Below are positions 22,801 through 30,011 of a DNA stretch of 64,000 bases, in pieces; position 1 is the stretch's first letter; each line of letters starts with the position of its first letter. The stretch comes from Clostridia bacterium. Lineage in GTDB: Bacteria > Bacillota > Clostridia > Oscillospirales > Acutalibacteraceae. Location: assembly GCA_017513525.1 (NCBI GenBank), contig JAFXFC010000023.1, positions 5,373-69,372 of the forward strand, written 5' to 3'. The notes beneath the pieces were generated by a model that worked only from the letters and a program-made list of their open reading frames with translations, ran no database searches and was not told where the DNA came from. Made by a program: the position numbers and the translations under genes.

Positions 22801-25800
22801 AGTGATCCCATAGGATCAGCTGCGAAATTAACTGCGGGAACAGTAACACCGAGTGTTTCAAGAAGAAGTCCGAGTGTTGAATCGAAGGATTCGTAACCCT
22901 TAAGCTCAACTATACCGAATACACCGAGGTCTTCACCTCCGAGAAGGAATGCAACTGCGGGAGCGAGAGGAGCAAGAACTGCGCAAAGAGTATCAACAAA
23001 TACTGCCTTGTCACCGTCTGCAAGACCGTTCCATACAATGTTGCCTTCAGAATCCTTAACAGCTGTTACGCCGAGAACTGTTGCATCGGGAGCCTCTAAT
23101 TCTTCATTGAAGAGGTAACCGAAGTCATTAGCCCATGCGCCCATGTTAACACCAAGCTGGTCAACAAGGATGTCGCTGAGAATTTCAGGAAGTTCAATTC
23201 CTGCGAATGTTTCAACAAGCTTTGTGATTGTCTCATTTGTGAAGAGACCGCCTAAGAGACCGTCAACCTTTTCTTTGAGGAATGCATTGATATCCTCTGG
23301 CATTGCATCAGAACCTGTCATTCCAAGAACTGCCTTAACGATATCCATAGCGTTATCAATAAGATACTGTGATTCAGACTTAGTCCAATCGTTTGCATAG
23401 TGAAGGTAAACGATAGATTCGTCTGCACCTTCTGCCCATGTCATTTCCTTGAGTTCATACTCAACGGGGTTGAGAAGCTCAACGAGAGCTGCGATAGCAT
23501 CGTCGGGATCATCTGCGATTGAACCGAAAACCTTATTGAGAACTGTACCGAGAGTACCTTCAAGGTCAAGTCCTCCATCTTCACCGCCAACCATGCCGAT
23601 AATAGCATTGAGGAATTCGGGGTTAAGAGCACTTACAAGATAGTCAAGGAGGAAGAAGAGAACGTCTGCCTTGTCAGCTGTAAGGCTGTTTTTGCTGTTC
23701 CACTTTGCACATTCAATGAGACCTGTCTGGTCGATGTCGGGAAGATCAAGATCAACTTCGAGAGATTCGAAGAGGAAGTCAAGGAGTGAATTGATATTGC
23801 TGATGTCAATACCAACAAGATCCTTAAGTGTTGCTGCACCTGCGATGTCAGCAATACCCATCTGATCAGCGAATACTTCAAAGCTCAATGAATCGCCAAG
23901 CCAATTCAGCAATGTGCCGAAAAGACCGCTTGCATTGGAGCCTGCAATACCGAGTTTAACTGAGAAGTCAAGAAGGATACTGCCAAGGAAGGAATCAATG
24001 AAGTCTGTGGAAAGAATATATGCAAGATTGGGAAGAAGTCCCAGAATTGTATCAAGGGGTGCTGCTACTACCTTATCAAGAAGTGAGAAGATAGGATCAA
24101 GAATAGCCTTTGCATAATCAATACCATTAGAGGATGTTGTAAGATTTGCATTAGCAGTAAGTCCGAGAAGTGAGAAGAGAGGCTGGAAGAGATTTGCATA
24201 AAGATTCAAGGGCTGAACTGCTAAGCTAAGGGAAGCATAAAATTCGGCATTATTAATATTAACAATAGAAATAGCAGAAATGCTACCGTAACCTACACCT
24301 GCAGGGTTATCAGCAGAACCGAGAGTCTTATCAAATGCCTGATTCAGGAAGAGAGTGGGAAGAAGAGAACCTACTGAATCAAGAACACCGCCGAGAACCT
24401 TAGTAAAGGAGGCTCTGTCTGTGATACCCCAATCAAGGTTGAGGTTATATGTGAAGGTTTCTGTTTCAGGATCAAATACACCGAGAGCTGTCCATGAATT
24501 ACCTGCAGCCTTCAGCATCTTATGAGCTTCACTTGATGTTGTGAGAACACCTGATGAAACCATGCTGTCTGCAAGTGTGGAGGGGAATATATAAAGACCG
24601 GCAGACTTGAGAAGCTCAGCAAAGGACATCTGTATTCTTTCCTGACCTTCTTTTGTTACATCGCCAAGATATACATCAATACCGCCGCTTATCTGATCAA
24701 CTAATGCAGAAAGGTCAACATAACCTACAGCACCGGGGTTCTGAGGAGGTATCTTATTGGGGTTAACATCTTCACTATTAAGAAGATTACTAAGTTCTGT
24801 AACAAGAAGGTCTTCAATCATGGGGAAGAGCATACCGATAACCATATTAATAAGGTCATTGTTGAAGAGCATTTCGCCCAACATACCGTAAAGGTAATCA
24901 CCGAGACCTACTGCATTACCGTCAGCGTCTTCAAAGCCGAGAAGAGCACCGAAGTCTTCTGAAGCAAGGAAGTTATCAAGCTTAACGATAGTATCATTAA
25001 TCTTTGCTTCATCAACTGTGTAAGCATCTTCCTTTACAAGGTCTTCATCCATAACATCACGGACAACATAAACGCCGTTTTCGTCGAGTTCAACCTTCTG
25101 GAAGCCGCTTGTGTTAATTTTATTAACAAATGCATTGTATGCATTGATAACAGCCTGAACATCACTGTAAAGAGCCTGGTCAGCTGCGCTTACCCAACCG
25201 TTATCTGCGCAAAGCTGATAAAGAGCCTGGTCGAAGTTTTTAACAGCTGTGCTTACAATAACAAGGTTGTCGAAGTTAACGTTAGCTGCCATATCCTTAT
25301 AGCCTGCAGCGATTGCTATCTGAGCACTGTTTCTTGCAACAAGTTCAGTCTGAATAGAATTCTTTGAAATTACATTCTGAATAAGTGCGGGTGAGCCACC
25401 TTCACCGATTGTTACACTGAACAAGGGGTTAACAACTGCAGCACCGTATTTTGTAACCTGCTCATTATAAACAGCTATCAGAGCCTCACGATTTACATCG
25501 TAGTCTGAATACATTGTCATAACATCAGCAGTTGCCATAGCAGAGTAGTTACCGAAGAGAACAGGTGTGTAGTAGTTATACTGCACATTGAAAGCTGCTT
25601 CAGTTTCTGCGGGAGATCTTGCTTCAATGTTTGCCTTAACACTATTAATAAGATTGTTAAGGTTGTTTACTGTGGTGCCCATTACGGAGCTTACTGCAGT
25701 TTGGTTTGCAGCACCAATAGTACCCTTATAGCCGTTGAGCTTATTAAGAAGAGTCTTGAGAACGGGAATATCAAGAGTATTAAGATTTACTCCGTTGTAT

Positions 25801-27053
25801 GCAGCAAGGTCAGCATCAATTGTTGCCTTAAGACCGGGAAGGGTAATAAGGTCCATTGCCTTCTTCATATCGTTAAGATATTCTTTTGCTGCTGCAATAT
25901 CAAAGTCTGCATATTCAGCCTTTGTCTTGATGTAATCAAATACTTCGGAGCCATAGCCCTTGATTGCATTATAAGCTGAGTTTGCGGGAGCATAGATGGC
26001 TGCCATCTCATCGTAATTTTCGCTATCATATTCTGTGCCTACCTTATCCATAAGGATATCGATAGCGGGCAAGGAGAGATTAATCTGCATTGCCTTGAGA
26101 AGATCACGGAAATACTGATTGTAGCTACCAAATAACTTATCAACATTTGCGAATGTATACTTGTCTATCATTGCCTGATAGGGAGCATAATTCTCATTGT
26201 AGATAGCTTCGAGTTCAGAAGCGGGAAGAGCTATCATTTCATCGAATGTCATTGAAAGATCTTCGGAAGCAAGAACTTTACCGAATTCCTTGAGCTCGTC
26301 AATGGAAACGATGTTCTTGATTTCTGTTCTCTTTAAGGATGATAAATAGTTCCATCTGTAACCCATACAGTCATAATCACAGTTTTTGGAACTATAATTC
26401 TGGTCAAGACAAGCCTGGTCAGCAACCATTGAGTATGTGAATGTTACACCCTGAAGAAGAGAAACAGGAATATCATCAACAGAATTGTATTTTTCAAGAA
26501 GAGAACTAACAGTGCCATAAACCTTTACAGTCTTCTGGGTTTTATCTGTGGGGATTGTATTGTATACGTACTTATGGTCACAACCATTACACTTTCCGCC
26601 ATTAACGGGAGTAACCTGTTCAATACCTGTGACAGTATCTCCGGGAGGATCAAGAATGTACTGCAATGCCAAATACTTGTCACCTGATGTAAAACCAGTG
26701 TTTGCAGCAACTTTAGCTAACAAAGTGGAAGTTGCATTTACCTGAGCGGTAGAAGCCATACCCTCATGAGCTGTATTGGCATTTGCTTCTTTTAAGCTTA
26801 TTGCATAAGCATAAATCTCGTCAGCTGCAACTGCTACTGCAGCATCACCTTTGTATGTATATGAGTTGTATTCAAGATGACCTTTATAAACAATCTCATT
26901 TACTACATCATCGGTGAGTGCGTTCTTTACCGATTGGACAGTTCCCGTTGCAGCATAAGCTGTAAAGTCCAGACCGGCAAAGCCTACTGAGCAAGCTGTG
27001 TATATCATTAATAATGATAAGAACAAGCTCAGCGATTTCTTCGCGATTTTCAT
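16878..27053 (-). CDS. Giant secreted modular protein of unknown function (about 3,391 aa)
   Basis: One uninterrupted 10.2-kb ORF. GGAAGG lies 6 nt upstream of the ATG at 27053; the track starts 14 codons earlier at 27095. The signal peptide is MKIAKKSLSLFLSLLMIYTACSVGFAGLDFTAYA. There are internal tandem modules. I saw no LPXTG, SLH, dockerin or other recognisable domain. Confidence 0.9.
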   Translation of the reverse strand: MKIAKKSLSLFLSLLMIYTACSVGFAGLDFTAYAATGTVQSVKNALTDDVVNEIVYKGHLEYNSYTYKGDAAVAVAADEIYAYAISLKEANANTAHEGMASTAQVNATSTLLAKVAANTGFTSGDKYLALQYILDPPGDTVTGIEQVTPVNGGKCNGCDHKYVYNTIPTDKTQKTVKVYGTVSSLLEKYNSVDDIPVSLLQGVTFTYSMVADQACLDQNYSSKNCDYDCMGYRWNYLSSLKRTEIKNIVSIDELKEFGKVLASEDLSMTFDEMIALPASELEAIYNENYAPYQAMIDKYTFANVDKLFGSYNQYFRDLLKAMQINLSLPAIDILMDKVGTEYDSENYDEMAAIYAPANSAYNAIKGYGSEVFDYIKTKAEYADFDIAAAKEYLNDMKKAMDLITLPGLKATIDADLAAYNGVNLNTLDIPVLKTLLNKLNGYKGTIGAANQTAVSSVMGTTVNNLNNLINSVKANIEARSPAETEAAFNVQYNYYTPVLFGNYSAMATADVMTMYSDYDVNREALIAVYNEQVTKYGAAVVNPLFSVTIGEGGSPALIQNVISKNSIQTELVARNSAQIAIAAGYKDMAANVNFDNLVIVSTAVKNFDQALYQLCADNGWVSAADQALYSDVQAVINAYNAFVNKINTSGFQKVELDENGVYVVRDVMDEDLVKEDAYTVDEAKINDTIVKLDNFLASEDFGALLGFEDADGNAVGLGDYLYGMLGEMLFNNDLINMVIGMLFPMIEDLLVTELSNLLNSEDVNPNKIPPQNPGAVGYVDLSALVDQISGGIDVYLGDVTKEGQERIQMSFAELLKSAGLYIFPSTLADSMVSSGVLTTSSEAHKMLKAAGNSWTALGVFDPETETFTYNLNLDWGITDRASFTKVLGGVLDSVGSLLPTLFLNQAFDKTLGSADNPAGVGYGSISAISIVNINNAEFYASLSLAVQPLNLYANLFQPLFSLLGLTANANLTTSSNGIDYAKAILDPIFSLLDKVVAAPLDTILGLLPNLAYILSTDFIDSFLGSILLDFSVKLGIAGSNASGLFGTLLNWLGDSLSFEVFADQMGIADIAGAATLKDLVGIDISNINSLLDFLFESLEVDLDLPDIDQTGLIECAKWNSKNSLTADKADVLFFLLDYLVSALNPEFLNAIIGMVGGEDGGLDLEGTLGTVLNKVFGSIADDPDDAIAALVELLNPVEYELKEMTWAEGADESIVYLHYANDWTKSESQYLIDNAMDIVKAVLGMTGSDAMPEDINAFLKEKVDGLLGGLFTNETITKLVETFAGIELPEILSDILVDQLGVNMGAWANDFGYLFNEELEAPDATVLGVTAVKDSEGNIVWNGLADGDKAVFVDTLCAVLAPLAPAVAFLLGGEDLGVFGIVELKGYESFDSTLGLLLETLGVTVPAVNFAADPMGSLNSVINAVFTWLDATLASDALVETAINLITNLIRYIESNGLSVLLHNLLLPVLALVDTVRPLINVDVNTILSVIVSDLVAGNELDMDKVLGLVLGTYEGNDDITVTVTIDNLTLTKVLGIVDAMFGSDLVHSSFATIGLKGLCNADVDAADALTIILSSLIDALGQPAADTTKTNADAIFGYIAEKTENDQIGNIVNAVLELIGVVVYEYDQPDWDKIFTIEFNAENADPDLYLTVDAKPSIEYLSYANDWTEDAAKGVYASLDEILNLLLPSLLGENETIAAFINGMLEEKVYSDEILNTLIEAVVNLLAGLDASLFETVDVVLDTDIATWFTFCTLNEETGKYECTKAWGVDEAEDKGEAFVDALKEALAPANRLLAFLFFGDSYEFFTDSEVDANGNYTYKSLITLNGGEGYAKGLVPIFEALGLTMKPASAYLVNGEYDAVAAVADILNAVLGLVDSLATAESTVAKVFDLLPNLIYFLNVDGIKASVNNILAPVNGILEKVAAISEDIPASITDLIPDGTLPIDITNLTTEELLGLGADAGLTLSDEMLNIVKNLYVGKLEKFTSVNGDYAYRLNVEGYEHDVLTIVLSLAVELFTTNKELFGGLLDEKLYDAIVTLVGGLEVTFSEIHWGYMYEDEATDINAAIEKLRAEGFGEPTINKLGYSKDWTDAAATGVYSALDDILAMVFDSVDSLKGKNVATLVNGILEDNVYSDAVVNSVISLIVNAVKDFEDIIKNVDAVLGVELDGWFYNYITGTDAEENYICEYDWGIDEAEDKETAFINAIITVLEPANPLLNWLFFGGKYEFLSSSTGETLITLNGGEGYAYGLAPIFEALGLEMAPARAYANVTDAIVDILAKALAFVDELAAADSLVAKVFELLPNLIYFINAGGAKTAVNNLLAPAKVILDTLDPAIDADLSLEGLLGGLVEGFDILNITTDALLDLAEANGVVLSDALKDVVKTLAVGVPAEFTAANGKQAFRVDVTDYEHDVLTIILTLALEVFKSNEALFAGIIKDEAVYDAILTLMKGYENDFVYSNLNWGYMYDDNTVPADGKLPARVEGDIFSNYTKYQNNWNEDVAAVLDENLEAIVDGVMALVKGADADLGQLLEDAIVGGLYQDSILNSLIKMAVGFLVEYEDIIKGAGAVIGAEGLAAWFDDYCDIAEDGTVTCEYDWGIDAAETAEAKRVAFVNAFAEALAPANRLLAWLLFGEDFEFFTGVDNNVIITIKGGEGYNYALVPLLEAFGVEAENAETFYVNGVLDMTKAVTSIFGKLTERIAYICNGVNEDNTSVTVTEAFDLLPNLIYFINAGGLKVVVNNLLAPVQFILDTLEPMGLSVDFATLIEGIDITNLDLAAVFAILEEQLGIVVPAELQNFLTGFYIGKLEKETSANGLPAYTMVYTEEETRIDFITVLISLVADVFTSEANAAKVKELIGDDVYTVLMRYLADADKKVVDVLEFSWQYTDKADTGEVISPVVADNALYDYVYGDLYTREQAEYINKWLPEFIDTTITLIGYQNANGENVESIEGLLNDLIGTSIYTTDNLVALADTLKGLVGQLKELLGDDLFAQAAAILNASLGVDVTVWDNYTVAEIATGDRDAFVAQLVEMLKPVNPILEWLFTSKDLAFFSDIEGENYVVIEGADGYAYGIIPLLEALGCEGVLTPAEYAADTDGLLLNILNPLLNKIDAILADPVAGLLETLPGLIYFINSNGVNTVLNNALRAVFTVLANLEPLVDVDLYELVGIDSADLGSFDALVDMLLGLVTEGTGLELKAVAMNALNELTMGTIVSFESKNGDTAYTMKLATGADQIDFVTIILRLVLNFVSIPENVEALEVLLADSLSEEGYIFLTSLLENFSQMAATEDGMDAILYTVYQIFYTANVAVHETEDFMGELNDDYTFLGNLFATSDLDFIKNIGASLGGLLDNFQNGDIIGSEGVAQNGLMKFFQAIKDFFQKIADFFRNLFS
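17661..24038 (-). repeat. At least six tandem coding modules (about 400-440 aa each) inside the giant gene
   Basis: The anchor motif LLPNLIYF(I/L)N recurs on the minus strand at 21357-21380, 20130-20153, 18867-18890 and 17661-17684, the last as TLPGLIYF. Spacings are 1227, 1263 and 1206 nt. Degenerate copies lie near 22695-22715 (NLIRYIESNG) and 24013-24038 (LLPNLAYILS). Co-recurring motifs are WG(V/I)D(E/A)AE...AF(V/I).A...L.PAN.LL..L.FG and ITLNGGEGY..GL.PIFEALGL. Confidence 0.85.
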
Positions 27054-27112
27054 AAAAAACCTTCCTTTCATTTTTTTCGGCAGTTTTTCTGCCAAAACGG
27101 GGCTTCGGGCAA

Positions 27113-27272
27113 GATAAACATATGAAACCTCGTCTTTTTAGATAAAACAACCAAAAAATAATTTGTTGGTATTGGTTCAACCGTAATGAATACATAAAAA
27201 TTTGCTTTCATTCATATACAGTGCACCATTATCAAGAGAATTTTAACAAGTTTTGATAAACTAAAGATAAAC
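27113..27272. promoter_or_regulatory. GATAAAC repeat boxes in the divergent region between the giant gene and the response regulator (candidate response-regulator binding sites)
   Basis: GATAAAC occurs at 27113-27119, 27255-27261 and 27266-27272. The last two form a tandem direct repeat with 11-bp period. GATAAAAC occurs at 27141-27148. Confidence 0.3.
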
Positions 27273-27386
27273 TTTTGAGGCAAAATTATGAACAATCTAT
27301 TAACAGATGCGCGGAGTTTATTTTTTGTTTATTTTTCTGTGATATCATACAAAACGCAAAGAGAATTAAGAAAAAGGGTGTTTTTT

Positions 27387-28076
27387 ATGTTTCAAATACT
27401 TGTTGCAGAAGACAATGCAAACTCTGCAAAGCTTATGAGAATAATACTCAATCAGGCTGGTTATAAGGTTATATTAGTGTCAAACGGCTATGAAGCCCTT
27501 GAAGTTATGGACACGAAGCACATAGACCTTATAGTGCTTGATGTCATGATGCCTAAAATGGACGGCTTCGAGTTTACAAGACAGCTTCGGCAGGCAGGAA
27601 ACACAACTCCCATTCTTATGGTAACGGCAAAATATCAGAATGAAGACAAGTGCGAGGGCTTTATTGCGGGAACAGACGACTATATGGTAAAGCCCGTAAA
27701 CGAAATGGAGCTTTTACTGAGAATTAAAGCACTTCTTCGCCGCTCTCAGATGATAAGCGAGCATAAGCTTCAGATAGGCGACGTAACACTTGATTATGAC
27801 TCATTAAGTGTCAGCAGAAAGGGAGAAATGCAGATACTGCCTCAAAAAGAATTCTATTTATTATATACACTTCTCTCCTCCCCCGAAAAGGTTTTTACAA
27901 GACTGCAGCTAATGGACAGAATATGGGGTATGAACTCGGAAACGGTCGATACCACCGTTAATGTTCATGTAAACCGCCTGAGAAAGCGCTTTGACGGCTG
28001 GACTGAATTTGAAATAGTGGCTATCAGAGGTGTAGGCTACATGGCGGTGATTAAGGATGAAAAAAAAGAAGGATAA
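27387..28076 (+). CDS. OmpR/PhoB-family response regulator
   Basis: MFQILVAEDN... receiver domain (DLIVLDVMMPKMDG, KP) plus a winged-helix domain (VHVNRLRKRF...IRGVGY). The start is set at the internal ATG at 27387 with an AAGGGTG RBS. The track ORF begins at 27288 with an implausible hydrophobic extension. Confidence 0.92.
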   Translation: MFQILVAEDNANSAKLMRIILNQAGYKVILVSNGYEALEVMDTKHIDLIVLDVMMPKMDGFEFTRQLRQAGNTTPILMVTAKYQNEDKCEGFIAGTDDYMVKPVNEMELLLRIKALLRRSQMISEHKLQIGDVTLDYDSLSVSRKGEMQILPQKEFYLLYTLLSSPEKVFTRLQLMDRIWGMNSETVDTTVNVHVNRLRKRFDGWTEFEIVAIRGVGYMAVIKDEKKEG

Positions 28077-29112
28077 AAAAAGAAGCATTTACAGAAACAT
28101 AAGAACAACCTTGCTCATTGGCATTGCCGCTTTTATTATACTGACCTTGACCCTTACAATAGCTTCATGGATATTCCAACTGTTATATAAATATAATCTT
28201 ATAGATGAAACTAACTACAAAACCGTTATGTTCTATGATTATGCAGCTGTAAGCACTGTTATCGGCTGTATATTATCTGTTATTATCATCCACCGCCCGA
28301 TGTCAAGAATGCAAAGACTTCTTGATGCAATGGAGCAGATATCAAACGGTAACTTTTCCGCAAGACTGCACGCCAAAAGCAAGACCGACCTGATAAAAAG
28401 AAGCGTTGCCATATTCAACAACATGGCAACACAGCTTGAAAATATTAACATGCTGAGCCACGATTTTATAAACAATTTCTCCCATGAAATCAAGACTCCG
28501 ATAGCTTCAATAAACGGTTTTGCAAAGCTCCTTAAGAACGAAAATCTTACAGATGAAGAAAGAAATGAATATCTTGATATCATTATTCAGGAATCCGACC
28601 ATTTAAGCAATCTTTCGGCAAATATACTGACTTTATCAAGGCTTGAGCATCAGTCCGTTGTAACAAATAAGACATATTTTAATGTCAGCGAACAAATCCG
28701 CATAACTATCGGCTCTTTATACAATAACTGGTCCAAAAAAAACACCGAAATAGTGTTTAATTCAGACGAATACTATATCAATGCAAATAAAGAAATGATA
28801 GGTCAGGTATGGATAAATCTCATTGATAACGCCATTAAATTCTCCCCCGATAAAACGGATATCGATATTTCCCTTAAAAGTGACGGTGAAACACTGATTT
28901 TTTCTATCAGCAACTTCGGAAAACCAATACCGCCCGAAAACGAAAAACGCATATTCGACAAATTCTATCAGGGTGATGAATCACATTCAACAAGCGGAAA
29001 CGGTCTGGGACTTCCGATGGTCAAAAAAATCGTTGAATTGCACAACGGAGAAATAAAGCTTAAAACCAATAACGAATTAATAACATTTGAAGTATCACTT
29101 CCTACAGAATAA
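28057..29112 (+). CDS. Sensor histidine kinase, short intramembrane-sensing type
   Basis: 351 aa with two N-terminal TM helices separated by about 20 residues. H-box is SHEIKTPIASINGF, N-box is NLIDNAIKFSP and G-box is GNGLGLPMVKKIV. It overlaps the response-regulator stop. Confidence 0.9.
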   Translation: MKKKKDKKRSIYRNIRTTLLIGIAAFIILTLTLTIASWIFQLLYKYNLIDETNYKTVMFYDYAAVSTVIGCILSVIIIHRPMSRMQRLLDAMEQISNGNFSARLHAKSKTDLIKRSVAIFNNMATQLENINMLSHDFINNFSHEIKTPIASINGFAKLLKNENLTDEERNEYLDIIIQESDHLSNLSANILTLSRLEHQSVVTNKTYFNVSEQIRITIGSLYNNWSKKNTEIVFNSDEYYINANKEMIGQVWINLIDNAIKFSPDKTDIDISLKSDGETLIFSISNFGKPIPPENEKRIFDKFYQGDESHSTSGNGLGLPMVKKIVELHNGEIKLKTNNELITFEVSLPTE

Positions 29113-29139
29113 AAAGCTGCCCAAATGGGCAGTTTTTTA
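29111..29139. terminator. Bidirectional terminator between the histidine kinase and the deacetylase
   Basis: aaaaaG CTGCCC aaat GGGCAG tttttt. Confidence 0.75.
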
Positions 29140-29155
29140 TTATTACTTATTATAG

Positions 29156-29914
29156 TTATTTTTCTTTTTGCCTTCCGTTATTATCAACATATGTTTCACC
29201 TGTAAGAAGCAGCTCCCCTACTGTTACAAACGAATAATCCTGTGCCTTCAGTGCATCAATTATATCAGGCAAAGCCTCTAAGGTGTTATCTTTTCCCAAA
29301 TGAAATAATACTATTGAGCCGTTTGTTACCTTAGAAGTAACACGGCTCTTTATTTTTTCGGGCGAAGGGTCCTTCCAGTCGATGCTGTCAACATCCCATT
29401 GTATCGTTTTCATGCCAAGACTTTCAGAGGCTTCTATGGTTTTATTGTCATATGAGCCTGACGGAGCCCGATAGAGGGTGGGAGAACATCCTGTGAGATA
29501 ATATAAAAGCTCGTTACAGGCATTTATGTCACTTACGATGTCAGAATACTCCTGTTTTACGGGATCAGTATGCTTCATTGAGTGATTTCCTATTTCGTGA
29601 CCGTAATTATATATCATTCTGACCGCTTCGGGGTACTTTTCGGCAAAATCCCCGACAAAAAAGAAGGTGCATTTCATATTTTCTTCCTCAAGAAGCGAGA
29701 GCAAATTGTAAAGGTTTTTACTTTCCCATGCACAATTGAATGTAAAGGCGATCTCCTTTACATTTTTATCGACACTGTATATGGGAATTCGCCTGTTTTG
29801 TGAGGCTACTGAGGTATATAATGTTGCTGACACCACAGATACCAGCACAATAATCCATATAATCATTATAACTATTAAAGACACGTCTTTTTTTGTCACT
29901 ACTGCAAATTTCAT
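29156..29914 (-). CDS. Polysaccharide deacetylase (NodB homology domain), membrane-anchored
   Basis: 252 aa with an N-terminal TM helix. Contains FTFNCAWE, HEIGNHSMKH and LYRAPSGSY motifs of CE4 enzymes. Confidence 0.85.
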   Translation of the reverse strand: MKFAVVTKKDVSLIVIMIIWIIVLVSVVSATLYTSVASQNRRIPIYSVDKNVKEIAFTFNCAWESKNLYNLLSLLEEENMKCTFFFVGDFAEKYPEAVRMIYNYGHEIGNHSMKHTDPVKQEYSDIVSDINACNELLYYLTGCSPTLYRAPSGSYDNKTIEASESLGMKTIQWDVDSIDWKDPSPEKIKSRVTSKVTNGSIVLFHLGKDNTLEALPDIIDALKAQDYSFVTVGELLLTGETYVDNNGRQKEK

Positions 29915-30011
29915 AATTTTTCTCCCTCAAATTTATAAATCTTAACATTACATCTTTATTGTTTTAGCTATAATAATATGATAAAATAAAAATAATAAAG
30001 GAGGTACGCCT

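Noticed and set aside
17132-26745. About twenty ORFs of 60-110 aa on both strands within the giant gene
   Set aside because: All are nested in or antisense to one uninterrupted 10.2-kb frame that has coherent repeat structure. They are frame shadows.
27288-27386. 33-codon N-terminal extension of the response regulator, despite a reasonable GAGG RBS at 27288
   Set aside because: The extension is hydrophobic and unlike any receiver-domain N-terminus. MFQILVAEDN at 27387 is the canonical start and has its own RBS.
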